A stretch of DNA of 62,732 bases, filler included, from Nitrospirota bacterium (GCA_016180645.1; 3 parts of 3 records of this genome joined end to end with filler, not necessarily neighbours in it), one strand, 5' to 3'. Shown: positions 46,303 through 57,066, numbered from the whole stretch's first letter. The notes: generated by a model from the sequence alone, not told the origin. A program made the numbers and translations.

Positions 46303-49300
46303 CGTCAGGACGACCGTGAACGTGGCCGTGCCGCCCGCTTCGGTGGTGTTGCCGCTGATCGCGCTGACCGTGTAGCCGGACACGTCGTTGTCGTTGTTCG
46401 TCACCGCCACGTTGGGTGAGGGGGTTAGTCCGTTGTAGTTCGCGTCCGCGCTCGTCGAACCCGAGAAAACAATCGAGTAAGCAATATTGCCGTCCTGAAC
46501 GGCATCGTTCTGCCCGGTGACGGTGACGGTCTGAGGGGTGCTCCAATTGAGATTCGTGAACGTGAGGGAGGCCGGGCCGACCGTGCCCTCGGTCGTGTCG
46601 TTCGACGTGTAGTTGACGGTGACATTCGCCGTCGGCTGGCTGTTGAGCATCACGGTAAAGGTTCCCGTGCCGCCCGCTTCGGTGGTGTTTCCGCTGATCG
46701 CGCTAACTGTGTGGCCGGGCGTGTCGTTGTCGGTGTTCGTTACAGCCACATCCGCCGGGTCAAGACCGTTGTAGCTCGAATCGGTGCTCGTGGCGGCCGC
46801 GGTGGTGATCGTGTAGGCCATGTTTCCGTCGGCCAGCGCGTCGTCCACGCCGGTCACTGTCACCGTCTGCGGCGTGTTCCAATCCAGGCTGGTGAAGGTG
46901 AGGGAGGCGGGAGAGACTGTTCCCTCGGTTGCGTCCGAACTTGAAATCCCCACCGATGTGGCGGCCGTCGGCTGTGTGGTCAGAACGACGGCAAAAGTCG
47001 CCGTTCCGCCCGCCTCGGTAGTGTTTCCGCTGATCGCGCCGACGGTGATCCCTGCCGCTGCGATGGAAAAGTTCGCGTTCGACTCGTCGCTGGAAGTGTT
47101 CCCGTAGGAGTCCGTCGCGATCAACTTCACACGCACCGTGCCGGAGGTGATTGCGGGCACCGTCCACGTGTAGGTGCTGTCGTTGGCTTCCCCGGTGGCG
47201 ATCAGATTCGGATAGGAAGCGCCGCCGTCCGTGGAGTAGTAGAGCGAAATGGGGCCGGCGCCCAGATTCGGGTCGGTGATATCGGCGTTGGACCACGCGA
47301 TAGCTCGTGTGGATCCCTGCGACCATGGTTCGGCCCCGTTCGGGGTAGTCAGCGTACCGGCGAGAATCGACGGGGCAGCGACATCATTCGTAAGAGCCGT
47401 GGGGGAGGATTGATTTCCGACCGCGTCCGTTGCCGTGATGTATAGGGAAGGGTTGGTATTGTCGCCGATGGCCGTGGCCCCAAAGGAGCCATCGGCCAAT
47501 GATGTGACGGTCGTGATGAGTGAGGTGAGGAGGCCATCGGAGTAGATCTTGACGGCGGAGTTGGCTTCGACGGCTCCGGCTGCTCCGCTGACGGTATCAT
47601 TCGTGCCTGGCGTATTCTGGGTGATCGTGAGCTGGGCAGGCGCCGGCGCGGAAGGCGGTGTGGCGTCAACCGTCCATGTGAATGAGGCGGGTGATGCATC
47701 CGCGTTGCCCGCGGCGTCTTTCGCCCGGACGGAGAAAGTGTGCGAGGCGTCGGAGATCCCCGAGTACGCCTTTGGAGATGTGCAGGAGGCATATGCGGAG
47801 CCGTCCAGTTTGCACTCGAAGGTGGCCGTGTTTTCCGGACTCGTAAAGGTGAACGAAGCGGAGGTCTGGTTGGTGGGCGAGGAAGGTTGACCGCTGATGG
47901 ACGTTTCCGGGGCCGCGGTATCGAGCGTGACGGTTGCCGTCAGGCTTGAGGTGGCGTTCCCCAGGGAATCGCGGAACCGGACGTAGACGGTGCGGACACC
48001 ATCGGCGCCAGGCGCCAGGCTCCAGGTCTTGGAGGTGGAAAAGGGCTCGTAGGCTGAAAACGTCGCATCGTCGTTCGAAAACGCCATTTCCGCGGCGTCC
48101 GTGGCGGCGAGCGTCAAGGTGACTCCCAGGGTGCCGGTCACCGTCGCACCGCCGCTGATCGCCACCGTACCGCCCGCAGGTGCGCTGGTCTTCACGGTCC
48201 ATGCGTACGAGGCGGGCGTCGGATCGACGTTGCCGGCGGCGTCCGTGGATCGGACCGCGAACGCGTGTGAACCATCGGTTAGTGGCCCAGCGATCAAGTG
48301 GGAAGACGAGCAGGAGACGAACGCGGCGGAGTCGAGGGAACACTGGAACGCTGCAGACGGATCCGAGGAAGCGAAAGCAAACGCCGCGATTGTCTGATTG
48401 GTGAGCGCGGATGGTGTCGTCGAGATCGTCGTCTCCGGGGGCGCGGTGTCGACCGTCCATGTGTATGTGGCGGGCGTGAGATCCTTGTTGCCGGCCTTGT
48501 CGGTGGCGGAGACGGAGAGGGAGTTCGACCCTTCGACGGGGCTCAGGGCGAACGGGGAAGCGCAGGTCGCGGCAGGAGCGCCATTCAGAGAACAGGTAAA
48601 GGTACACCCCTCACCCCCGCCCTCTCCCGCAAGGGGAGAGGGGGAATTTTGGCAAGTGAAGCCAAAGGTGGCGGCGGAGGAATTGGTCAGTGCGGGCGGC
48701 GTGGACGCCGCCCCTACGAAGAGCGTGTCCGGCGGCGCGGTATCCACCGTCCACGCGAACGTCGCCGGCGTCTGATCCTTATTGCCGGCCTTATCGACAG
48801 CCGACACGGAAAACTTTTGGGATCCATCCTTCGACAAGCTCAGGACGAGCGGGGAAGCGCATGCCGCCGCGGCTTCCGCGTTGAGTTGGCACATGAAAGA
48901 TGAATCGGGTTCGGTACTCGCGAACGTGAACGTGGCGGAGGTCTGGTTCGTCAGGAGGGCGGGCAAGCCCGCCCCTACCAGCGTCGTATCCGGCGGAATC
49001 GAGTCCTTGAGGGCCAGCTTGAACTTGACTTCGAGGGGGGTTGGGTCGGAATTGCCCAGCACATCGGAGGCCTTCACAAGAAGGGTGTGGTCTCCGTCTT
49101 CGGATGGCGGCATGTAGGCCGCCGGACACGAGGCGTAGTCGCCTCCATCAAGGGCGCAACGATAGGTGCAGGCAACCTTGGAGCAGTCGAACACGAAAAC
49201 GTCAGACGCACCGGTCACCGCGCAGAGCGTTCCGGCTCCGCCGGCGCAGGGCTTCGTCTTGAGGATCGTGTCCGGCGAGGTCAGATCCACTTCCTTCAGT

Positions 49301-50319
49301 TTGAGCTTGAAATCCTGGGGAGGCTTCACGCCCGCCACTTCAAAATCCTGCCTCACTTTCGTTTCGAGCTGAACGCTCAGGGTCTCGAATGCCGCCTTCA
49401 CCTGCTCGGTGGTAGGCTTGCTATCCGAGTTGGCTGCACCGGCGATGGCTTGTTGAAGGATGGACTGGGCGGTAGCCGCTGATCCGCCGCTCGAAGGGGA
49501 CGAAGCGGCGACGGCCGAGGCAATTTCCGTTAGAGTGGAAATACCGTCCCCGTCAAGATCCGGGAGTTCCACCTGGTTCACGTCCAGAGGGGTATCCTTG
49601 ATTTCGAGTGTCAGGACAGGTCCCACTCCCGCCCCGGAAGGACCGGCCTCGGACTTCTGCACTTTCACTTCGATCGTCGTGGTGACCTTCACGTATTCGA
49701 CTTCCTGGTGCCCGCGGGAACGGACGCGCGTGCTGATTTGATTCTGGCCATCCTGGGCGGATTTCTTGGGAAGATTGAACGAAATCTCAAACACAAAGGC
49801 CGTCTCGCCCTCACCCGCAGATTCGTCGCGTTTGGGCGCCCCTCGAACACCTCCGCGGACGCCGCCGCGGACACCGCCCTGCTCGGCGCCTCGGATTCCC
49901 CCGCGGACGCCACCCTGCTCCGCTCCGCGCACGCCCCCCCGAACGCCGCCGCGGATACCTTCCGCCACCATCTCGCCGTTCATGTACACGTCGGCCACCA
50001 CTTCATCCCCCGCCTTCCCCTGAATGCCGTTCAGCATGGCGGCGATTTCGGGTGAGAGCGGGATATTCATGTCCATGGGGACGACATCTTTCTTGGCCTG
50101 TGGGAGTTCGAGGTTGCGAACGCAGGAACCGAGAGTGGTGAGGAGCAAGCCGTGAGCCGTAAGCAGCAGGGCAAGAATCGTGAACCGTGAGGAGCAGAGC
50201 GAGAGGCGAGAGGAGGGAGGCGAGAGGCGAGAGAAGAGGGAACAGCCCCGGAGCAGACGACGGGGTGAAGAAAAAAGCACGCGCGAGACTTGCCGCAAAC
50301 TCAGCCCTGCAAACGACAT
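46303..50319 (-). CDS. Large surface lipoprotein: GG[VI]RG domain, DxDxDG loop, Cys-containing Ig-like repeats, Calx-beta-like repeats (3' end lost)
   Basis: Lipobox LGSC; repeats D..PP.T..F.C.LDG..C..G.H.F.V.A.D.AGN.D; TTEAGGTATF..W.TPQTVTVTG repeats. Confidence 0.85.
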
Positions 50320-50382
50320 GCGACGTTTCTAGCAACCACGCAACGTGATGTCAAGTTGTTTCTCAATTTTTTCCAGTAGAAA

Positions 50383-50398
50383 TGTGATGTACGTCACA
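50383..50398. promoter_or_regulatory. CRP/FNR-family binding site
   Basis: TGTGA-TGTACG-TCACA preceded by AAA in an AT-rich divergent intergenic region. Confidence 0.65.
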
Positions 50399-50578
50399 AT
50401 CGTGATTATTCTCGTATTTGCAGGGATTTGGGCGGTCAACATTCGGTGGGCGGAGTCAGTACGAGCATTCGAAGTTGAAGTTGGACTTGAATATTTGTCC
50501 CCCACCAGGGAATCGATCCTGTGTCTTGGCCCAAGGGCTGGGTTTGCCGAAGGCGCCCGGCTGCGCTAAAAGTCGGCT

Positions 50579-51949
50579 GTGCCAGCCGTGAAAAGTTCCA
50601 TCCCCAGCGTTGTCATCGTGGGAGCCGGGTTCGGAGGGCTCTGGGCCAGTGGTCGTCTGAAAAGTGCTGCACTGCAGGTGACGATTTTGGACCGCCAGAA
50701 CTACCACACGTTCTTCCCCCTCCTCTACCAGGTGGCGGCAGCCGAAATTGAGCCGGAGGAAATCGCTTACCCCGTGCGCAGCATCCGCCAGAAAACTTCG
50801 CACGCCCGTTTTTTCGTGGCGGAGGTGCGCCGGATCGATCTTCAGGCGAGACGGATCCTGACCGACGGCCCCGAGCTTCCCTACGACTACCTGATTCTCG
50901 CGCCGGGGAGCGTGCCCCATTTTTTCGGAGTGCCGGGCGCGGCGGATTTCGCCTTCCCCCTGCGAACGATGGATGACGGCATCGAGCTGCGGAATCACAT
51001 CCTGAGCTGCTTCGAGCGCGCCGTCCCGATTGGTGGCATCCAGCCAGTCGCGGGGCGGCTGGGCCATCCTAGCGCCGTTCGTGAACCGGATCCCGCCGAG
51101 AGCCGATCTCTGCTTACGTTTGCCATTGTGGGCGGAGGCCCCACGGGTGTCGAATTCGCAGGGGCCCTCGCGGAACTCATTCACGGACCGTTCCGCACAG
51201 ATTACCCCTCCATCCAGGATGGTGATCCGCACGTCCTTCTCCTCGAGGCGGCGAACGGCCTCCTTCCGGGACAGCCGGCGAACTTGGCCCGATACGCAGC
51301 CGACCGGCTTCGCTCCCGGGGAGTGGCCGTGCGGCTCGGGGCCGTCGTCAGCAAAATTGACGAGAGGGGTGTGGGTCTCAAGGACGGTAGCTTTGTTCCG
51401 AGCCGAACGGTGGTGTGGACCGCCGGGGTATCGGGTCCACCCGCCTTGGAGCAATGGGGGCTTCCGATGGCGAAGGGCGGGCGGGTCGCCGTTCGGCCAA
51501 CCCTCCAGGTCCCGGACCATCCGGAAGTGTACGTGGTGGGCGACTGCGCCCACGTGGAGCACGAAGGCCGTCCCCTTCCCGGAGTTGCACCGGTGGCTAT
51601 GCAGGAAGGCGAGTGGGCTGCAGAGAATATCCGGAGGCAGATCGCCGGAGAGGATCCTGTCCCATTCATGTATAGGGATCTCGGCACGATGGCGGTGATC
51701 GGCCGCAACGCGGCTGTGGCTCGCATCGGAAAGCGTTCATTCACCGGCTTTACCGCCTGGGTCATGTGGCTCGTGGTCCACTTGATGAGGCTGATCGGAT
51801 TTCGGAACCGTCTCGTTGTCTTGTCGAGCTGGGCATGGGATTATTTCTTCTTTGACCGAGTTGTTCGCTTGATCCTTCCGTCAACGCACCGAAGGGACTC
51901 CGCGCGAGCGTTCAAACCGGGATCACCCGGAGGGGCGCAAGAAACGTAG
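50579..51949 (+). CDS. ndh: Type II NADH dehydrogenase
   Basis: GAGFGG, PLLYQVA, VGGGPTGVEFAG, VVGD, PGVAPVAMQEG. Confidence 0.93.
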   Translation: MPAVKSSIPSVVIVGAGFGGLWASGRLKSAALQVTILDRQNYHTFFPLLYQVAAAEIEPEEIAYPVRSIRQKTSHARFFVAEVRRIDLQARRILTDGPELPYDYLILAPGSVPHFFGVPGAADFAFPLRTMDDGIELRNHILSCFERAVPIGGIQPVAGRLGHPSAVREPDPAESRSLLTFAIVGGGPTGVEFAGALAELIHGPFRTDYPSIQDGDPHVLLLEAANGLLPGQPANLARYAADRLRSRGVAVRLGAVVSKIDERGVGLKDGSFVPSRTVVWTAGVSGPPALEQWGLPMAKGGRVAVRPTLQVPDHPEVYVVGDCAHVEHEGRPLPGVAPVAMQEGEWAAENIRRQIAGEDPVPFMYRDLGTMAVIGRNAAVARIGKRSFTGFTAWVMWLVVHLMRLIGFRNRLVVLSSWAWDYFFFDRVVRLILPSTHRRDSARAFKPGSPGGAQET

Positions 51950-52012
51950 GGGGCCGTGCCACGATTTTGCATCGCGGGCCCGTCGTGGTACATTTGGACG
52001 CGGGAGGTCACC

Positions 52013-53080
52013 ATGAGATTCCATGCAGCCGTGTCCCTGCTCGCTTTCGTCATCCTCACAGCCGCGTGCGCGAGCGATTCCACACCGCCGAAACAGAAGG
52101 AATTGAGCCTCGATGTGCCGGTCCTCTCTCAAACCGCAGTGGCCTTGGAAGGCATGGGCGAGCTGGAGGCCACACTCGCCGTAGATGGACAGAACCTGTC
52201 GGGAGTTCGCGGCGGGGTTCGAGGCGGAGTTCGTGGAGGCGTGAGGGGAGGGGTCCGAGGCATCGGGACGCGTGACGCGGGGCGCGAGACGCAGGCAAGA
52301 GGGGGACCGGCGTCCGGTGCCTTGCGATCAGCGCAATCTTCGGAGTTCCCGGTTTACAATGTGACCTACACGTTCGAATCCATTCCCGAGAGTCTGGCGA
52401 GCGGCTCGCATCGTCTGCATCCGATCTTCGTTCGGGCCACCGATCCGGTGGGAGAGGAGCGCGGGCTCTGTTGGTTTGAGTTTGACAAGGAGCTGTCGTC
52501 CGACGGGGCGCTCGTGGATCCCCTGATCGATCCGAACAGCGAGCTGTTCGGGATCCCCGACGACGACCAGGACGGTGTGTCCAACCTGGTCGAGCTGGCG
52601 ATCGGGAGCGATCCGACGAATGCATCGGCCCGCCCCTCCGCCGATGAGATCAGGGCGAAAGGATTCGACGCGACGCCGCCGGAGACCACGATCACAAGCT
52701 GCACGGCAGCCTCTGGGGGTGGTCGGACTGTGGAGTTTTCATGCTCGGAGCTGTGCGCCGATGCGACCAAAGAAGGCGACCTGATCGGCTCATCGTCCCT
52801 GGCCGCGATGGCCCGGGACGACGCAAGGAACGCAGCTCAGGATGAGCTGCAGCATACGTCGCAACCGACGCTCGCCTGTGCGGTCACCGCCCAGATCGCC
52901 CAGTGCGGCTTCCGATGCAAAGTGGACGGCCCGTCAGGGGAAGGGAGAGTGGAGGTTTGCCGTAGCGGCTTCGTCGCAAAATCTTCGGGGGCCGGGAAAT
53001 ACACTTTCAGCGTGCGGGCTCTCGACGGCTTTGGGAATGCCGACACGACTCCGGCCACATGTGAGTGGAACGAACCATAA
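52013..53080 (+). CDS. Lipoprotein with (GGVR)n repeat, DxDxDG loop and one Ig-like repeat
   Basis: GGAGG RBS; lipobox TAAC; PDDDQDGVSNLVE; DATPPETTI..FSVRALDGFGNADTTPA. Confidence 0.85.
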   Translation: MRFHAAVSLLAFVILTAACASDSTPPKQKELSLDVPVLSQTAVALEGMGELEATLAVDGQNLSGVRGGVRGGVRGGVRGGVRGIGTRDAGRETQARGGPASGALRSAQSSEFPVYNVTYTFESIPESLASGSHRLHPIFVRATDPVGEERGLCWFEFDKELSSDGALVDPLIDPNSELFGIPDDDQDGVSNLVELAIGSDPTNASARPSADEIRAKGFDATPPETTITSCTAASGGGRTVEFSCSELCADATKEGDLIGSSSLAAMARDDARNAAQDELQHTSQPTLACAVTAQIAQCGFRCKVDGPSGEGRVEVCRSGFVAKSSGAGKYTFSVRALDGFGNADTTPATCEWNEP

Positions 53081-53273
53081 TCCTCTCGCATCTTGGGGCT
53101 GAATGCCCCCATCTCCGGGCAAAAAAGTCCGAATTCGCGCCCTCCAAGGCCCCATCACACCCCTGAAAAGTGATTTGGCACACATTTGCTAGGAGGAAGG
53201 CTAAGTACATGAACGCATACCGTACAAGAACCAATGGGAGGGTTCTTTGCCCTCCTTCAGAAAGGGGTGAGTC

Positions 53274-55751
53274 ATGAAATACATCCGTTCTCTTGGAACA
53301 ATCGTTTTCGCCGGCTCGATCCTCGCGTGCGAAGTGAGCGGGACCGGGACCGGAACCACAGTATCGAAGGAACCGAGCGAGAATGAACAGACGGCTCAAG
53401 CCGTCGCCTCCGTTGCGGATACCACCCAGACTCTGAACGAAACGGTGGAGACGGTTCAGACCGTCACCGAACTGACCTCCACGGTGGAGAGCTTGAGCGA
53501 GACCGGCTCAACACTCCAATCGGCCTCCTCGGCCGGATCGGCGACCTCAACGACCTCCACCCTTGGCGGAATCCGCGGCGCTCCGGCGCGTGCCGATGCC
53601 GCGGCCACCGAAACGCCCGATTTCGGCAAGTGTGATGCGACCCCCACCGACGCCGCACCACTCCCGTGCCACTGCATCTACAAAACCCCCGAGAAATTCG
53701 GGCTGGACCAGGATGCCAAGTGCGCGGAACACGTCCCGGGCGCCGCCAAGGCCGTCGTGGCCACCGTGCGCATCAAGACTACCGACGAGGCCGACATCTA
53801 CAAAATCACGATCAAGGCCGTTGTACCCGCCAAGGCCGACCTGCCGGCGGACGTCAAGAAGCATTGCGTCGTGGCGGGGACGGAGATGACCTGCTCGGCG
53901 GATACCGTTGTCGTGAAACGTTGCAAGGACGACGGAGTCACCTGCTTCTTTGTGCCCGCCCCGGCGATTCCCGAGGGCAGTGTGGTGTTCATCAACCGTC
54001 GATTCGAGCTTCCGGATGATTACAAGGCCCCGGAGGATTTCAAGGATCAGACCGCGGTCACCACATGGCTCAAGGCCATCCTTGAAGGCTGGAACACGGC
54101 GAAGAATGACGACGAGCGCCGCGCCTTCATCAAGCGCTTCCTGATCGTGGACAACGGCTGGGTCACCGAGATCAAGAGAGTTCAGTGCGAACCGGGAAAT
54201 GAGAAACAGAAACCCGGCGAGCCGTGGTGCCCGGATTTCCGCCCGCCCGCGGAAGGGAAGGACGGCGCCCAAGCGCCGCATCCGGTAAAAGAGAGCGGAA
54301 TGCGGTTCATCTCGCGGCAAGTGCCCCCGCCGGTCCTCCCCGGCGAGACGCCCTCCGCAGAGCCGGCCAATCTTGGCCACTACGAAGTGGATTTCCGGAT
54401 GATCGATTTGAAATTCAGAATGCCGGGCGAGCAGCAGCCCCGCAAGACGCAGGCGTTTCGTGTTGCGCTGGAGAAGCCCGGCGAGGCATGCACACCGGTC
54501 GACCTCAAAGGCCAGCCTCTCTCCGGAGCGCCCAGCGGACGGCTGATCACCGCCACGCACGCGGCCATCGAGGCGCACGGCGGATACGAGAACGGCGGTC
54601 GAAAGGCGTGCCGTGCCGTGGAGAAAGTAAAACTCGAATCCGGCAAGGTCGTCACGCCGACGAGTTGGGTGAGCCAGGAGTTCGCGCGACTCCAGATTCT
54701 GCCGGTCCCGCCGCCCGACAAGGCCCCGGCGCGATATCCCGTAACGCGCGAGGAAAAAGGGAAGCACTACCTCGTGGTCGATCCGCCCGAGAAGGTGCAA
54801 AAAGAGCGCGAGGAGAAGGTCGGGACGGTTGCCGACAAGGATCGGCGGCCCGGCGCGGGTGGAACCACGGCCACGGGAACCGATACGAACCGACTCCGCG
54901 GAGTCGAGGATCGAGCGACGGGTGAAGGGGTCGCCGCGGTTGCCAAGGCCCAATCGGACCGGTGCCCCGGCCACGGCGAGGGAATCACCAACGTCACCAT
55001 CAAGTTCAATGACGGCCGCATCGACGAGAGGGTCCATCGTTACCTGAAAGAAGAGGGCGTCTGCCAGCCCACTCCGCTCGACGAGGATGGAAATCCGATT
55101 CCTGTAGAGGAGGATGAGAAGGGGAATCTCAAGATTAAGATCAAGGACAAGAAAGGTCAGGACTTGGACGTGTCCGTCGAGAATCCCGAATCCCCATCGA
55201 AGACCATCAAGATCAGCGCCGGGTTCGTTTCAGGCTACATCAACCTCCACGAGGCGGACGAAAATGGCGTCATCGGCGAAGGGACACTGAACGTCACCGT
55301 TCCGGGAACGAGCGTCGAGGTCAGCCTAACGATGACCGAGGCCGGATGGCAGCATGTGCAAGGGAAGGCCACGATCAAGAGCGGAAAGAACGGCACGAAG
55401 ACCATGCTTTTCTGGCAGGATCGCACTGAGAGTGGCGCGTTGATCAAGTTCAAGCTGGTTGCGTCGGGCGAAATCACCGTCGCCGAAAGCGCGGAAGCCC
55501 AAGCCGAAGCCGCCTCAGCTGAAGGATCGCTGGACATGACAGTTCCCTCCGATTCGTCCAATGCCTGCGAGGAGGTGGGACAGGGAAGCCTCAACGAAGC
55601 CGGCACGGGGTATTCCCTGACGGTTTACGAAGACACGAGCACCCTGATCAGGATCGGAAACAACACGGTGAATGTTCCTGTCGGCTGCGCGGGCGGAGGA
55701 ACGCCGGCGACGACAACGGCCGACACCGTCTCCGCGGCAACGAAAGGCTAG
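53274..55751 (+). CDS. Cys-rich orphan lipoprotein with GGIRG motif
   Basis: Lipobox ILAC; S/T-rich linker; 825-aa ORF followed by a terminator. Confidence 0.8.
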   Translation: MKYIRSLGTIVFAGSILACEVSGTGTGTTVSKEPSENEQTAQAVASVADTTQTLNETVETVQTVTELTSTVESLSETGSTLQSASSAGSATSTTSTLGGIRGAPARADAAATETPDFGKCDATPTDAAPLPCHCIYKTPEKFGLDQDAKCAEHVPGAAKAVVATVRIKTTDEADIYKITIKAVVPAKADLPADVKKHCVVAGTEMTCSADTVVVKRCKDDGVTCFFVPAPAIPEGSVVFINRRFELPDDYKAPEDFKDQTAVTTWLKAILEGWNTAKNDDERRAFIKRFLIVDNGWVTEIKRVQCEPGNEKQKPGEPWCPDFRPPAEGKDGAQAPHPVKESGMRFISRQVPPPVLPGETPSAEPANLGHYEVDFRMIDLKFRMPGEQQPRKTQAFRVALEKPGEACTPVDLKGQPLSGAPSGRLITATHAAIEAHGGYENGGRKACRAVEKVKLESGKVVTPTSWVSQEFARLQILPVPPPDKAPARYPVTREEKGKHYLVVDPPEKVQKEREEKVGTVADKDRRPGAGGTTATGTDTNRLRGVEDRATGEGVAAVAKAQSDRCPGHGEGITNVTIKFNDGRIDERVHRYLKEEGVCQPTPLDEDGNPIPVEEDEKGNLKIKIKDKKGQDLDVSVENPESPSKTIKISAGFVSGYINLHEADENGVIGEGTLNVTVPGTSVEVSLTMTEAGWQHVQGKATIKSGKNGTKTMLFWQDRTESGALIKFKLVASGEITVAESAEAQAEAASAEGSLDMTVPSDSSNACEEVGQGSLNEAGTGYSLTVYEDTSTLIRIGNNTVNVPVGCAGGGTPATTTADTVSAATKG

Positions 55752-55786
55752 CCGGAAAGCAAGTCAGGTCCTCCTTCTACGATTGC

Positions 55787-55826
55787 GCCCTCCATCCGCT
55801 GATGTGGCGGATGGGGGGCTTTTTTT
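55787..55826 (+). terminator. Intrinsic terminator
   Basis: GCCCTCCATCCGC-loop-GCGGATGGGGGGC followed by T7. Confidence 0.8.
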
Positions 55827-55893
55827 CGGGGGGTTCAGCCGTCAGCGATCAGCCTTCTATCTAGGCTAAGCCTCTATAGCGGACCATAGAGGC

Positions 55894-57066
55894 TTAGCCT
55901 AGATAGGGGATCCCAAAAACATCTTCTCCGAAGACTTCCTTCTCGATCGCCAGGATATCGGGGCGAATCTCGCCCTCGTGAAGCTCGGTATAGTCCCGGT
56001 AGCCCGTGAATTTTTCCGGCTCGAACGCCCGAACGCAACTGTTGAAAAAGAGATTCAGAATGGCGAGGAACTCTTCGCGCGGTCGGAGCAGCGGCATACC
56101 GGAATTCTCGGCCAGCCGGGTGGCCTTCGCCACGAATCGACCGAAGAAGCCGAAGCAGTCCATCCCGACCGCCTCGAACGCGTCCTTGTAGTCCCAAATG
56201 AGTTTGGCGGCGGGCAGAAGGAGAAGCTCCCGGGCGAGCCTGTCGCGCCGACTGTTCGTCACCTCCTCCGGGACGTTCCCAGCCTCGTAGTAGTTCTTCG
56301 GGAACCCCACGTGTCGCGATTCATCGAGGTGAAAGACCGGGAGGATGTGGCGCAGTCCGGGGAAATCGGCAAACTGGGCGAAGAGCGACGTGGCGAAGCT
56401 CTCGAGCACCACGTTCATGCCGTAGAGCTTCAGGTACGGGCGCGCCTGCGCAATTTTTTCGAATGTGATGAAGGCGGAATCGTGGAGGGGCACGCTGTGG
56501 CCCAGCGTCCGGACCATCGCGCGGAGGACGATGAAGTGCTTCGCTTCCTCCATCACCTGCATGGCCATCCCCATCTTGGAGCCGGTGCCGGTGACCACCG
56601 GAAGAAGGGTCGAACTCGTGTAGAGCGCATACGCCTCTCCGTGCGCGATGAGCGACATCAGTTTGCAGACCGCTTCCCGCTGCTCCGGGGAAAAGGCTTC
56701 CTCGAATTCGCGGCGGACGTCCTCCGAAGTGGCGCGTTCCATCAGCTCGTCCGTTTCGCCCTTCTGGGCGTCGGGGTCCACGCCCAGCTTTTCCACCTCG
56801 GTCGCATCGTGAAATCCGAGGTACGGGGCCTGAACCTCCGCCTTCCAGATCTTGCGGAGGGCTTTTTCATAGACTTTGCGGGTGAGCTCTTCCATGTCGC
56901 CCCCTCGAAACGCGTGCGCACGGTCGTCGTAGTCGTTGGCCTGAGTTCTTTCCAGCTTCCGCCTCCAGCGGGGCTCGACCCAATTGTACGCCGCCGCCGC
57001 CAAGGGTCCCCCGTGGCAGAACGCCGCCCAGGTCGCTTTCTGACGCATCGCCGCCATCGTGTTCAT
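55894..57066 (-). CDS. Ferritin-like di-iron protein
   Basis: HGE..EEAKH..E..DESRH carboxylate/His ligand pattern. Confidence 0.85.
   Translation of the reverse strand: MNTMAAMRQKATWAAFCHGGPLAAAAYNWVEPRWRRKLERTQANDYDDRAHAFRGGDMEELTRKVYEKALRKIWKAEVQAPYLGFHDATEVEKLGVDPDAQKGETDELMERATSEDVRREFEEAFSPEQREAVCKLMSLIAHGEAYALYTSSTLLPVVTGTGSKMGMAMQVMEEAKHFIVLRAMVRTLGHSVPLHDSAFITFEKIAQARPYLKLYGMNVVLESFATSLFAQFADFPGLRHILPVFHLDESRHVGFPKNYYEAGNVPEEVTNSRRDRLARELLLLPAAKLIWDYKDAFEAVGMDCFGFFGRFVAKATRLAENSGMPLLRPREEFLAILNLFFNSCVRAFEPEKFTGYRDYTELHEGEIRPDILAIEKEVFGEDVFGIPYLG

Noticed and set aside
53176-53190. TGGCAC...TTGCT sigma-54-like promoter
   Set aside because: GG-to-GC spacing is 9 nt, not the required 10.
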